The position numbers and the translations under genes were made by a program. A model generated the notes under the pieces. That model searched no databases. It was not told the origin of the DNA and worked only from the letters and a program-made list of their open reading frames with translations. A DNA stretch of 64,000 nucleotides from Perna viridis (Eukaryota): contig CM074517.1 in the NCBI GenBank assembly GCA_037379345.1, positions 31,310,001 to 31,374,000 of the forward strand. Reading direction: 5' to 3'. Below, piece by piece: positions 1-12,224 of the stretch; position 1 is the first letter of the stretch, and the number at the start of each line of letters is the position of its first letter.

Positions 1-800
1 AAAATGATTTTGTAAAAATGTGATTTCTTATATTAAAAAATATTGATTTTTGTCCACTTTGGCTTGCCATACACTTCATCAATTTACTAATGGAAAAAGG
101 CAAAAAAGCATGGTGTAAGATAAAGAAATCAATAGGATTGGATAATGCTTTTTCCCTCTTAGAAAAACTATTTTATACTTGAATCAACCCCATTATTATG
201 TATGGATGTGAAATATGGGGAATTAATTTGAACTTTAAAGACACAGACCCATTTGAACATTTTCACATAAAGTTTATTAAAGAAATTTTAGGACTATACA
301 GCAAAGCAACAAATGTTGCATGCCTTGCAGAGCTTAATAGACGCCCTTTAAAAACAAAAGTAATGATACAAGTTATCAAATATTTGGACCACATATGTAA
401 TTCATACAACACACTTGTTAATAAGACATATAACAATATCCCCCAAAATTACAAATGGGTCTCAACAATCTGGAAATGGATAAAGGAATTGGGATTTAGC
501 TTCCTCATATTAAATACCCATAATATTAAACGAAATATATCAAATATAAAACAAAGAATACTCGATCAAGCTATTCAAAATCAATACAGCTACTTAAGAG
601 AAAATAATAAACTCTGCTTTTATAAAAGTTTATGCCAATCAAATTGTAGACATTGCTTATGTCAATGTATGCAAATTTAAATCTGACAAATCCACAGTTT
701 TTAAATGTAGGATTAGTGCTCACTATCTCACAATTAAGAGGGGACGCTACCAAAATATCCCCAAAAGTAACTGTATTTGCATTTCATGAAATACTTCACA
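1..800 (+). mobile_element. Degraded non-LTR retrotransposon 3' fragment (RTEX-like, RT C-terminal region and zinc-finger region)
   Basis: ORF 198..680 reads MYGCEIWG...HIKFIKEILG...ACLAELNRRPL. A frameshifted continuation reads CRISAHYLTIKRGRYQNIPK..C. These motifs are typical of RTEX-type LINE ORF2 ends. Stops and frameshifts are present. Confidence 0.75.
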
Positions 801-2137
801 AATTGAAGAAGTCCAGCCTATAATGTACCCAGACAAGTTCTCATCAACAAGATAAAAAACAAAGACAAACCTTCTCAAGAACAGAAAATAATATATCTAT
901 AACAGAAACTGTTAGATGGGTCTGCCTAAACACCACAATTTAGACCTACCTTAGTGCACTAAGACCATAAAAGTAGCAGTAAGACCAATAAGACACTTTT
1001 CACAAGATAATTATGTGAAGTAATACAATTGTCAGATTCTTAGTCTTTTGTGCAAAGTTTTCCCGGCACTTGTCAGCCATTAAACGGATAACAGACCCTG
1101 ACCTGGACTCTTTGATGTCTACATTTGGGTTTAGATATTTTTATAAATTATTGGAACATTGGTATAAAACATTTAAAACCAGCCATGTGGACATCTGATA
1201 GTGCCTAGGTTTTCATAGTTTATAGATAATTTATTCATTAAAGATTTCATGTAATTTAAAATCGAAAAAGAGTATTTGAAATTAAAACATGGATGCAAGG
1301 GAAATGATAAGAAAAATGGAAAACTTCAACAATAAAAGTAAATGCATGTATTTTCATCAATTTTTAATTTTATGTTATAAAACTAGGATTAACCCAGACT
1401 AGTCCGGATTTCCCCTGACCCTGCAATCCTACTTGTTTTATTTGGATATTGATATGTTGGGATGAAGACACACTGCCTGTCAAGTTTCATGCTTACTAAT
1501 TTCGGAATCTTAGCCTTAGCCAGTGGCTTTGGTGAACCAGTGAAGACAAGTGATTTTTGGTCAAGTAATAAAAACTGCATTTGTGATTAATATACAATCA
1601 AAGGTAAATTCACCTAACTGAATCTTGGGCAGTCAAGATTGATTTTGACATGGCATCACCTGGCAGAGCAAACAAAGGCAGCAAAACTAGCAGCTGAGAA
1701 ACTTGAGCAGAAACACTGCTGTAAACAAGTTTACTGGTTTCTTGTCTATTGCCTTCGCTCTCCACAGACCAGTCTAAGGAAAGTGCATTTTCCTTGAAGA
1801 TCAACCGCAAGAAAGACTCTGCTAGTAAAAAATTATCTGGTTTGTCTAATGACCGTAAAGGAAATTTCTAAAATTGTGAGAAAATAAAATTTCCATTTTA
1901 ATTCCTTTCGTTACAAAATTTGTACCATATGTATTTTTTAAAACACAGTGTAACTTTTCTATGAAAAGTAACGCTCTGAAGCAAACAATGTTAAATTAAA
2001 AACCAAAAGACATTCTGAGATTAAAGTTGTGATAAATGAACACTTTACCTAAGGTTACTGGAGGACAAGGTTGTATAAGAAACGACCTGTAGGCTGTACA
2101 TGTGAAAAAAAATAAACATTTTAAAAAGGATCAACGC

Positions 2138-5100
2138 ATGACAATGGAAAATAAATTTGTTCCGAAACCTGGTGATACGAAAGCACCAGCTTTCGATATT
2201 GATGCAAACATAGACAAACTGTCAGACTCACAAAAATATTTCTACAAGAAATTCAAGAGAGTGAATAGAGAACGATGGGAGGTGAATCAAATATACAGAA
2301 GAAGTGGACGAAGAGTTGGTTTGGGACTGGGTTTCTTTGCACTTGGAATTTGTATCCTTTTTATTCCGTTATTATTATAATAAGATGTTAAGTGTACTTC
2401 TAAGTAAGGTTTGTCTTTTCTCTTGAGTAAGGAAACAGCTTGCAAGACAACCTTAATGCAATCATTTTGGAATTCAGTTTCTTGAGCTGTTTACTGATTT
2501 GGCCATCCACTAAGGGCTAAATCAGGAAACAGCTTTGGATAACACTGAATCCCAAAACAGATAACAGGATCATATATGGATGGAGGATTACACACATTAT
2601 TATAATTACTGCCTGCTGCCTGTCTAGATAACAATTGCATTTACTGAGTCACTTTGTTAACAGTACAGTGTCAAAGCTTACTTTCAGATTTGGTTACCCA
2701 CTGAATTGCTTCTTAGAGGGTAGCCAATTTAGAAATTACCACTTGGTCATGACTCATTTTGCAGGAAAGGGAACAGGCAATAAAAAGAAGTAACCTCCAT
2801 TATTTGTCCAAAGATGACATAATTGTTTTGACTGTGCCTTCTCATTCAGACTGATCTTTTTGAGGATTAAGTGTTGAAGCAGTTAATTGATAATATGCTA
2901 AAGTATAAAATAACTTCAAACTACATGTATGGATTCTCAAACTGATGAACAACACTGTGATTAGGTTAGATGTTCTTTGGAGATTTTCATGTATGTCTGA
3001 TGTTAAGCATAATACAACTATTTAAATCATGGATAGGATGGTTCCCCTGAAATACTCTTGTCTTCATTACTTTTTGAAGGGACTACATGTACCTTATTCT
3101 GATGCTGCTACATATGTATGTATGACCCAGTTTCATTAATACTTTACATCAGGGTCCCCTGGTAACTCATGGATTGGTAGTATATTGGAATCACCTTGTC
3201 TATCTACTTGTTCTTCTATCCATATTTCATCGCTATTATGGGGACTCCCACTGAATGGATTGATTTAAAATTTGGTATGTGGCTTTATATAGATGAGGCA
3301 AATATGTAAGTAATTGTGGTTGCTTTCCTATTTCAACTTCCTTTTTGTAGGATTGCTAAATGATTGTGGTGAGTTCGGCTATTCATTGTACCTACAGGCT
3401 ACTAGAAATAAAACATGAAGACCCATCTTATCCTGTATTTTTGCAATACAGAGTTTGTCTCATTTGCTGGAATTATGGTCTTGAACTGAATGAATTAGTT
3501 CTTGGTCTATTTTTATACTTTTTAAAAGCTGTTGTAATTATCATACTATAACTAAATACAAGTATGCAAAAGTGAATTTTATCTGGGACTATCATTTGGG
3601 AATATTTTTTAAAAATTTATATGATTGATTGATTGATTGATTGTTGGGGTTTAACTTCTTAAAATTTATATAACCCCTGACTGTAAGAGATAATTTCTGA
3701 CACTTTAGCATCTGTAAATTCACATGTCGGTTTAATTTGTCATTTTAGTCTAATCAGTGACTGGAAACTCTTTTTATCATTCTAACACATGGTGCATTTA
3801 CAAGCATCTGTAATGATCAATGATCCATTGTTTATTTTAATGTGGTTTAGGTTGGTTAAACATGTCAAACTACGATATTAGGATTGTTTCCTTTCAAATA
3901 AAGTGCAGTTGAAAAAATCATTCAATGTAATAAAATTCCTGGCTCCGGGACCACAAAACTTGAAAAATTACTTCAGTCTGAGAAAATTCTCAACTGTTTG
4001 TTGCGTCATTAATCTCAAAGACTTTGATTGAAGTTACCATGGAAGTTAAGAAAATTCTAAGACTTAAGTATTTTTACGTCGCTAATAGCGTTAGTACGAC
4101 TTCTTGCACTCATAATTTCTGTATTTAATATTCGCATATGATTTGCATTAAAGTGTAGTCATATGCCACATAATCCAGCAGATCTTCGCCGTGTTCACCA
4201 CCAAAGTGTTGTAGTTCCAGATTCATACATGATAAAAATGTACCTCTTAAATATCATACACGTGTGTTCTACGTCTGTTTCTTTCTTGTATGAGAACAGG
4301 AAGTTCCATGAAATAATCAGTGAGCTTTGCACATTGCCCAGTTTCCGCTCCAGGCACTGAGGCTAGTTACAAGACTATATAGGTCATATATATTAGCACG
4401 CCCCAATATTTATGAATATTCATTGCCAGCTGCTAAATCTAGTTCATAAACTGGTTCTCAGTCAACATCATAAGCAACTCAAAGATCACTACAACGTGCC
4501 TTTTTTAAAACATATCATACACATGTCTATGCATGTTTTTTTGCTTGTATTAGAATGTGAAGTTTACATTAAAAGATAAAATGATCAGTTAGCATTGAAT
4601 TTATGTAATATTACTCAGTTGCTGATTCAAACACAGGCATTCCTTACTACATTGTATTGATTATATAAAGTTCATATATATATTATCAGTACACTGATAT
4701 CTATATATAGCAATTCGGGTCATAATGGCTACAAATGAGTACACAATAATATCAAGGGAACCAAAATTTCAGTGGAAGTACTTTGATTTTAGAGTATATC
4801 GCATTTGTACCATTTCGGATGTTTAAAGTATGCCAAAATCAGTGACAGTGAATATTTGACGATTAGTGACTTTGAAGACTTCAGTCTTTTATTTTACTTT
4901 TGTGGTGCCCGGGCCTGTGTACATTTGTATTTATTACTACGGAAAAGTGCTTGACTTACTTGACATAGGCCTATAGTAATTAGTTGTCTACTTTAAAAAG
5001 AGCATAGGCCACCAGCAATTGTCCTCTATCTGACATTTTTCTGGGCCCGGGGATGTACTCGTACTTACTTCAAAAATACGCAGTACAATTACAGATCATT

Positions 5101-5714
5101 ACTGTTATCTTAATTAAAAATTTTATATATATTGCATGTGTGTATCAGGTCAAATAAAATTAGTTCGTAGACTCTCGTCCCCTCCTGTCCCCCCCCACCC
5201 CCCCCAAAAAAAAAAATTGACAAAAATGTTTTTATTTGGATGGGATGGGAATTTCAAAATCAGGATTTTTTTTTCACATCAGTTTCTAATATTGAGATAC
5301 TATTACACACAAATCTTTCATTTATTGGTGACTAAAATGATGTTTCTTCTCTGAAACTGATGTTGCTAGGAACTTAGTACATACATTTGTATCTATACTT
5401 CAAAGGATAGTAAATATCTGGTAAGTAATAAAAAATAAAATCTTCCATCCCACCTCATATTTTTTTGTGAAGATTGAATGAACATCTACCATTTAAGTTT
5501 ACTTGACCTAAGTGCAATTTGTGTAGCTACACATGTGCTCTGGAAGAATCAAATTTGTGTTGTTACTCCTTAGCTACACATGCTTTGGAAGAATCAAATT
5601 TGTGTTGTTACTCCTTAACCCAATGCAGATTTTTATACTATGTATGCAGTGAAACAAGAAAAATTCTTGGATGAAGATTTTAACACGTTACCTGACAATG
5701 TAAAAGAATCATAG
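2138..5714 (+). CDS. COA3: Cytochrome c oxidase assembly factor 3 (CCDC56), 2 coding exons: 2138..2351 + 5629..5714, about 99 aa
   Basis: Spliced product MTMENKF...RRSGRRVGLGLGFFALGI|YFYTMYAVKQEKFLDEDFNTLPDNVKES* has one TM helix followed by the COA3-like YxxYxVxQExFLD motif. The phase-1 junction T|AT restores Tyr. The start may be 2144. AATAAA at 6063. Confidence 0.9.
3623..3660 (-). mobile_element. 5'-truncated retroposon tail insertion with 11-bp TSD
   Basis: Reverse complement is GTTAAACCCCAAC(AATC)n, identical to the tail of the SINE-like copy at 17320. Flanked by AAAATTTATAT at 3612-3622 and 3661-3671. Confidence 0.75.
3939..4917. mobile_element. Non-autonomous DNA transposon (MITE) with imperfect terminal inverted repeats
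   Basis: Left end CTGGCTCCGGGACCACAAAA versus right end TTTTGTGGTGCCCGGGCCTG; no ORF. Confidence 0.55.
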
Positions 5715-7769
5715 TGAACTTTTTCAGATGAATGAAAGTGTGAATGTGATAAGTAGTTTCAAAAGAAAAATAGCTGCTCAATGGATGTGCTGATGTATGC
5801 TGAAGGAAACGATCCAGCTATGTTTTTCAAGTGTCCTGTTATTATAAACTTGTGTGTCTCCATATTATCACATCCTGTGGAAGATCTTTTCACTAGGATT
5901 TTATTAGAGTTCTAGTGCATTCTTAGCAAGATTATTTAAAAAAAAGTAGTGCTAATGGTATGAGTATAAAAGAACAAGGGAGAACTCTATCATAATTGTA
6001 CTTATTTTCATTGTTGACTGTTTTTAATATTTTCGCAAGTATTTAAGTTCCAGTTATGTTGAAATAAAAGTTATTTTGTGAATCACATAGTGTGATGTAT
6101 GCTAAATGTGCATAATTGTGGATACTTATTTTTGTGATTCATTGTTTTAACTGATTGCATAACTCATGAAAATAAGTACACAGCGAAAATAAATGCAAAT
6201 ATACATGTGGTATTATACATGTCATTTTATATCTATATACAGTCACTGCATTTACAACTACCCTTGCTTAGTTTAAAATATAGCTGTTTTATTTCATTGT
6301 AATAGAGTCCATATTTGTTGAACCATCATACATTTAAAAGATATTATCAAGGTAGATAACTAAGATTTAAAAAAAGGCTGGATGTTTTCTTGTAGTACAT
6401 GTGTGATGCACAATGGTGCACTTTTGTAGACCTTAAAGGCTTTATTTTGTATGGTTAACTGCATGTGTTGAATGATTATGTATTGATGAGTGTCGATGAT
6501 GCTTGTTTGATTGTTGAAGTTTATATTGTAAATAAAATGTAAGAATTTTATTGGACTGAAATTTTGCGTAAAATTAACAAAATTTTCCATCAAAAAGTGG
6601 GTTTCAACTTTCAGAACCTCCTCTTCCCCATGTCTGGATTCATCACTATCTTTGAATATATTAACAAAATTATATAAAACAGAAATAATGTGTAACCAAA
6701 GTATCAATACAGTATTGAATGAACTGGATGATTTTCATTATCAACTTTTTTAAACCCTTAAAAACTTTTATCTTTCCTTATGTAGTACTGATAGTCAAAT
6801 TACATGTACAATGATCATGGCAAGATCAACAAAATAAATCAGTGTAATTGTATAATATAGAATTTCTACAGAATTGTAACAATGGAAAAACCAATATCTT
6901 CCTGCTTTGTTAAATATTATAAATACTATAGCTACATGCATGTTTGCTGATATATGTCATGAGCAAGTGTAATATGATATACAATGTACATGTAGTAAGT
7001 TAGTAGTTCTGAAACTAGCTCTAGTGAATTACATCGACTTTGCGTTTGTACCATTAAATCTTCACACAATTTCTTTTATACATCTTACAAGATTATAATG
7101 TATGGAAAATACAGATAGATGGAAAACTGTCCAAACTGAACCCTGAATGATCCAATAACCTCTCTAAACCAGACACCTTTTTTGAAGTCTATTTAAAATT
7201 AAATGTATTTTGAACCTGGGTAAACCTATCACCTATCTTAAACATACATAATTGGGTTTGATTTGGACAGATTACAATGTATTAATGTTTATTGTGTTGA
7301 AACAGGCCAGTTTTGTTGATTTATTTTGGATAAGACTGGCATACTGAAAGGGAAAGGCTGGAACTCTGTTCCTACTTACTCTATTACAGGTGAGGATCAA
7401 AGGTTTTGAAAAAGGTGTTCTTGGATTTCATGTCTTTAATTTTGCAAAAATTGTCTAACAAAGGGAGGTACAAACACCAGAACCCCTGCTCCATTGATCG
7501 GCCACAGATAAGAAACAAGCATATTTATGTAATATGTCAGGTAATCAATCCCGCAACAATTTTAGAATGCAAAATCTACACAACTATACTGAAGTAAAAG
7601 CAAGAAGATTAAACTATGATAGAGTAATCAGTATGAAGGAATGATTTCCAATCTCTTACATTGTAGGAGCAAGTTTCGACCACAAAAACAGACAAATCAC
7701 CATAAATGACACAAGTCAACTAAAATATTATAAAACACAAGAATGAATGAGCATTCAACAATCAACTGA

Positions 7770-8120
7770 AAGTTCAGATCAGGTGCATCAGTAGAGTAAG
7801 CATCCTCTGCTTTTCTAGAAATACCTGCCAAGTTGCTCATTTGAATGCCAGATGTGGGTTATAACAGAAGAGGAAAATGTGGACAAATCTGTCCTGATGG
7901 TTGAGATGGCAGTTCACGACAATCCATGAGTTTATGTAGTGACAACTTTTATCTTGGTGCCACATAATTTTCTTCAAGAAAGTAGCTTATTTATAAGAAA
8001 TGAAGCATTGTACAAGAGATCAATGTAACTGCCACAGGCTCTGGCACAGAGTATCTGCTGTGATAGAAAACTCCATAAGGAAGGAATGTTGCAAGACACA
8101 AATGGAAAATTGACTAGTGG
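7770..8120 (-). mobile_element. Penelope-like retroelement fragment (RT C-terminal part and 3' flank)
   Basis: Minus-strand peptide VNFPFVSCNIP...SQQILCARAC.SY.D...KLL. The flank CAGGTGC..GTAAGCATCCTCTGCTTTTC..CCAAGTTGCTCAT is shared with 20300-20365. Confidence 0.6.
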
Positions 8121-8939
8121 TGTACTGAAATTTTGAACATATCTGATGTTGGTCCAAATTAAATTGATCTTTTTTTGTAAAAAATCATATTTTGGTTTTA
8201 AAATTTTTAAGTGCAAAATCTCTGAACACCTTACAGTGGTAAACTGATAATTTGTCCTTATAAAAATGTATACAATGTATGTAAAAACTCAAAATACTGT
8301 TTAAAAGCTCACAAAGAGTCCCCTCCCATATTTCAAATGAGTTAAATGTACCCTCAATTTAGATTACTTGCCTTTCATTGAACAATGATGACATTGTAAA
8401 TTCCTTCATGCAGTTTCAGATGATGCTTAACTTTCAAAAAAAAATTCTGTCAAAATCCCTCGCATGGTAAAGGAGGCTTTGTTTTTTAATGCAAAACCCT
8501 CAAGTTGGATTATCTCTCTCTGAAGTCCTCCTATAATTCTTAAGTGTTTAAGGACAAGTTGTGCTCACAAGATCCATGGACATACAGACTGCCCCCAAAC
8601 TTTGTTTGCTGGGAGTAATTATTATGGTACAAATAAGGGGATATTTATTTGCCAAAGTGTCACACCAACTGAAGTTTTGTGAACACATTATAGTTTAACT
8701 ATGTAATGAATAGCTCTTTTTCATAGTGGTTATTAGATGGGTTTCATGTGCTTTCCAACTTTTGTCAAATGGACAAAACACTATTCTAGTACTGACACAA
8801 CTTTATAGTGATTTTAATACGGCTTTTGAGTTTAAAGTTGTATCAATTTATTTGAAAGAATAGAAGTTCATGTACAACTCCATTCTTGTATGTTACGAAC
8901 TAGCCATTGCTTTTAACGGGACTTATAACCCCCACACCC

Positions 8940-9690
8940 ATCAGTACAGAATATGACTAATTACTGACAATATGCACATCTCCATATAGTAATCTAACAC
9001 TCCATTTGGTTTCATTATAATCCTGCAATTCATTAAAGAGTTGCAGACATTTTACTGACAATTGCCCAAGTTCCAACAATCACCATTTCTACAATTTTTG
9101 TTCAAAAATTCCTGACGATATGCACAATCCCAGTGTGGTAATTTAATACTGATAAAGTTTCATTACAATCCTGTAAGTTGTATGCAATACAAGAGACCAA
9201 CTTTTGCTGAAAAACCCTTGTCCAACAGCTGTTATTTCTGCAATTTTTGTCTGAACATAAATTCCTGACAATATGCACTCCCCATATGGTAATCTAACAC
9301 TCCATTGAGTTTCTTTACTATCCTACAAGTTGTTATGGAGGAGTTGCAGACAACACATCAGACAAAGTTAAGCTGAGAAATACCCAAGTTCCAACAGTCA
9401 TCATTTCTGCAATTTTTGTCCAAACATGAATTCCTGACAATTTGCACATCCTGATATGGCAATTTAACACTTAAGTCCTGCAAGTTGTTGAAAAATGGGG
9501 AAGTGTAAAAATGTAACAGCTATCACTTCTACAATTTTTGTCAAAACATGAACACAACAGTATGCACATCTCCATGTGGTTATATTACATCCCAATAAGT
9601 TTCATAACAATGCTGTAGACTGCATAGGAAATAGTTTGGACAGACAGACAGGGTGAAATAAAAATGAAGTACAAGATTCTCCCACTATAT
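8940..9690 (+). repeat. Helentron-type non-autonomous element with internal ~120-170 bp tandem repeats
   Basis: Units start CTGACAATATGCACATC at about 8964, 9112, 9265, 9434 and 9557, followed by GGACAGACAGACAGGGTGAAA. Homologous to 29920-30435. Confidence 0.65.
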
Positions 9691-11007
9691 AAGGAACCAA
9701 GTCCAGATCCAATATGTATATAAAGGGGTATAAACAGATAATTTGACCAACTTGTCAAGTTTTGCCAAAACATAACTGACATATAGTTTTCTTGCCCTTA
9801 CGATTCATTGAACAAAAAAAAACAACGAACATTATATAGCCCAATGGGCTCTGATTGGCTGAATTGCCCATCATGAAAATTACTTGCTGCAGAATCAGGA
9901 AAGTGCATATTCAGATGTAGATTTGGGGTTCAACGCCCAAGCAACGTTATTTCAGCTATATCCAAGCGATTTAGATGTAGTACAACTATTTACAGACCAA
10001 CTAATAAAATGATAATGAAAAAAAACAAAAAAATAACGAGAGTTGTATAGTTTTATTCCATGGCTGTATAATGCCAACCTGTACAATTTTGAACACATGT
10101 TGTGGTAAAAGTGGAGACTGAATACATGCAATAATATATAATAATTCATTTATATAAAAGGCTGAACACATTGTAAGGCCCTGATTAAACACATTTGTTC
10201 TACAAAAAAATACTTAATAAAAGTTCCCAAAGGTCATAAATATTATGCCCCATTTATTACGAAGAATTGGCAGTGAATGATGTTTGTTTGAGAGACAGAT
10301 ATTAAATTTCTGGCAAGTAAAATGTTACTACAGGTAGAATTATATAAGCAAAAAGAAATATGAATCATAGAAATAATCTAAATAAAAGTTTAAGGATGCC
10401 TTTTGACACTAGCTCTCCATGTTTGTAAAAATATAATAAGGATTTGCTATAACTTATGCGAAAAATATTTTTAAAAGAGTCAGGCTAGTGGCTTAAAAAT
10501 GGAACATATTGAAATCATGAAAAGAAGGTCATAAAACCTACTTCTAAATATATCTTTTAGGAGTCTTTTAGAGACAATATATTAAAAGTATGAAATTTCA
10601 GGTTCTATAAACAAGTTCTTTTACTGGCTCTTAAAATCATGTGGACTGGTTCCTCTTCTTTTGCTTGCTCTTAAATAAATTAATACAACGAGGACACAGT
10701 TGCTTTTTAAAATACAAGATAATTCATGTAGTTTTGAGCAACAACTGGTGGGATAATCCAAATACTATCCAAGAAACAATACTGTGCAATAAACACTCCA
10801 TTGTTTTTTATTAAAGTATGAACATGTAAGTTGTAACTTTCTTTCCCAACAAATTCGAAAGTCTATAATAACCTTGAATGCAACTCCAGCACTTCTGTCA
10901 TCTATGATTCTATCAGAACTGAATATGAATACAGAAGTTGAAAACAGTAAAAAAAAATCATTTTTGTATGGAATTGTCACTTTACACAAAATTTTGAGAG
11001 AAAAATA

Positions 11008-11091
11008 CAATACATGGTTGTCCAAAAGATATATCACGATTAAAATTATCAATACATGGTTGTCCAAAAGATTTATCACGATTAAAATTAT
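11008..11091. repeat. 42-bp tandem duplication
   Basis: CAATACATGGTTGTCCAAAAGATWTATCACGATTAAAATTAT x2. Confidence 0.9.
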
Positions 11092-11869
11092 GTTAAACAA
11101 TACTTATAATTTCTATCAAAATTGTTTAAAATCCTAGTCATAAATCAACATAACACTGGTTTAGGTCACAATGAATTTCAAAAATTGAATTTAAAAACAC
11201 TAACATGTATAAAATAGTTGAAATAAAATGTTTAGGAAGAATGCCCTTGATGACAGTACCCAATTGTACATTGAATGTGATATAAACATGACTACAGTTG
11301 ATTTGAACACATCTGGTCAGTTTAAAACAATCAGAAACATGTAAAAAATATTTCGAACACATTGAATACTTCTACAAAGCACATAATACATGTGTGATTC
11401 AATGAAGCAATCGGTGGAAGTTAATGTTGAATAAACTGAAAACAAAATAATACATGATTTCTTGATTGCTTAATAAAAAAAAAGATGGATATACACAAAT
11501 TGTTCTTGATTGTTCATGTATAAATATAGAAATGTGACATTTTCTTTCACCAGGCATTAAACTGAACACACAACGGTAGTTGTAAAAGTGGAGATCTGTC
11601 TAAGTATATATCAATGTTTTTCTTCGAGTGACCTTACACATCTGAGATTTACTTTGCATAAGTTCATTAACAAACAACATATTTCATAACACAAGTTTAA
11701 AGAGATTATAACCAGTAAAACGGTTAATTTCAGAGGATAGATCTGTTCTTCCTTTGGTTGAATGACCATTACCTTAATAACTGCCAACAGTTAGTTACCA
11801 ACACAGTTGAGGAGATTTAAACTTTTATCCGACATAGATTGAAATACCTATTGAATAATAGAACTTTAA

Positions 11870-12224
11870 GTACTTCTCCTTCTAAGAATCAGGCAAAATG
11901 TGTACAAGGTGTGGCACATGAAGGAAAAAAATACAGAGATGGTATTGCAAAAATGAGTATTTACAGCTGATAACCTCCAGAAATAACGGTCAAAGTGTTA
12001 GTAAAATTTGCCCTTTAAAGATATTGCTAGGTCAAATTTAGTTGTAAAGCACTTTTCCCTTACAAGTAAGCAGTCAAAAAATATCTATGTCACAGATGCT
12101 TCAGGATAATTTCAAATAGCTTTTCAATTGTTTTCTAGATAAATTAAATATATTTGAGGCAAAAAAGACCAAACTGAGTTTTATGATGTGCCACCCATTG
12201 CCTGATTCTTACACAGAATGGTAC
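11870..12224 (+). mobile_element. TTAA-flanked MITE (copy 1)
   Basis: TTAA|GTAC...AGAATCAGGCAA...TTGCCTGATTCT...GTAC|TTAA inverted ends. A reverse-complement copy is at 59371-59731. Confidence 0.8.

Larger units (their letters stand above)
2352..5628 (+). other. U12-type (minor spliceosome) GT-AG intron of COA3
   Basis: 5' splice site GTATCCTTT (2352-2360), branch site TCCTTAAC (5612-5619), CAG acceptor at 5626-5628 and no polypyrimidine tract. Confidence 0.92.

Noticed and set aside
1385-1830. GC-richer block with several short hairpins and two minus-strand ORFs (1389-1580, 1610-1810), considered as an exon or structured ncRNA (telomerase RNA, RNase P/MRP, 7SK)
   Set aside because: No recognisable protein motif, no CTAACCCTAA template, and no convincing P4 or 7SK signature. 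Left unassigned.
2102-2380. 92-aa single-exon ORF as a complete protein
   Set aside because: It starts at GTG and runs through the U12 donor. The true CDS splices at 2351 to 5629.
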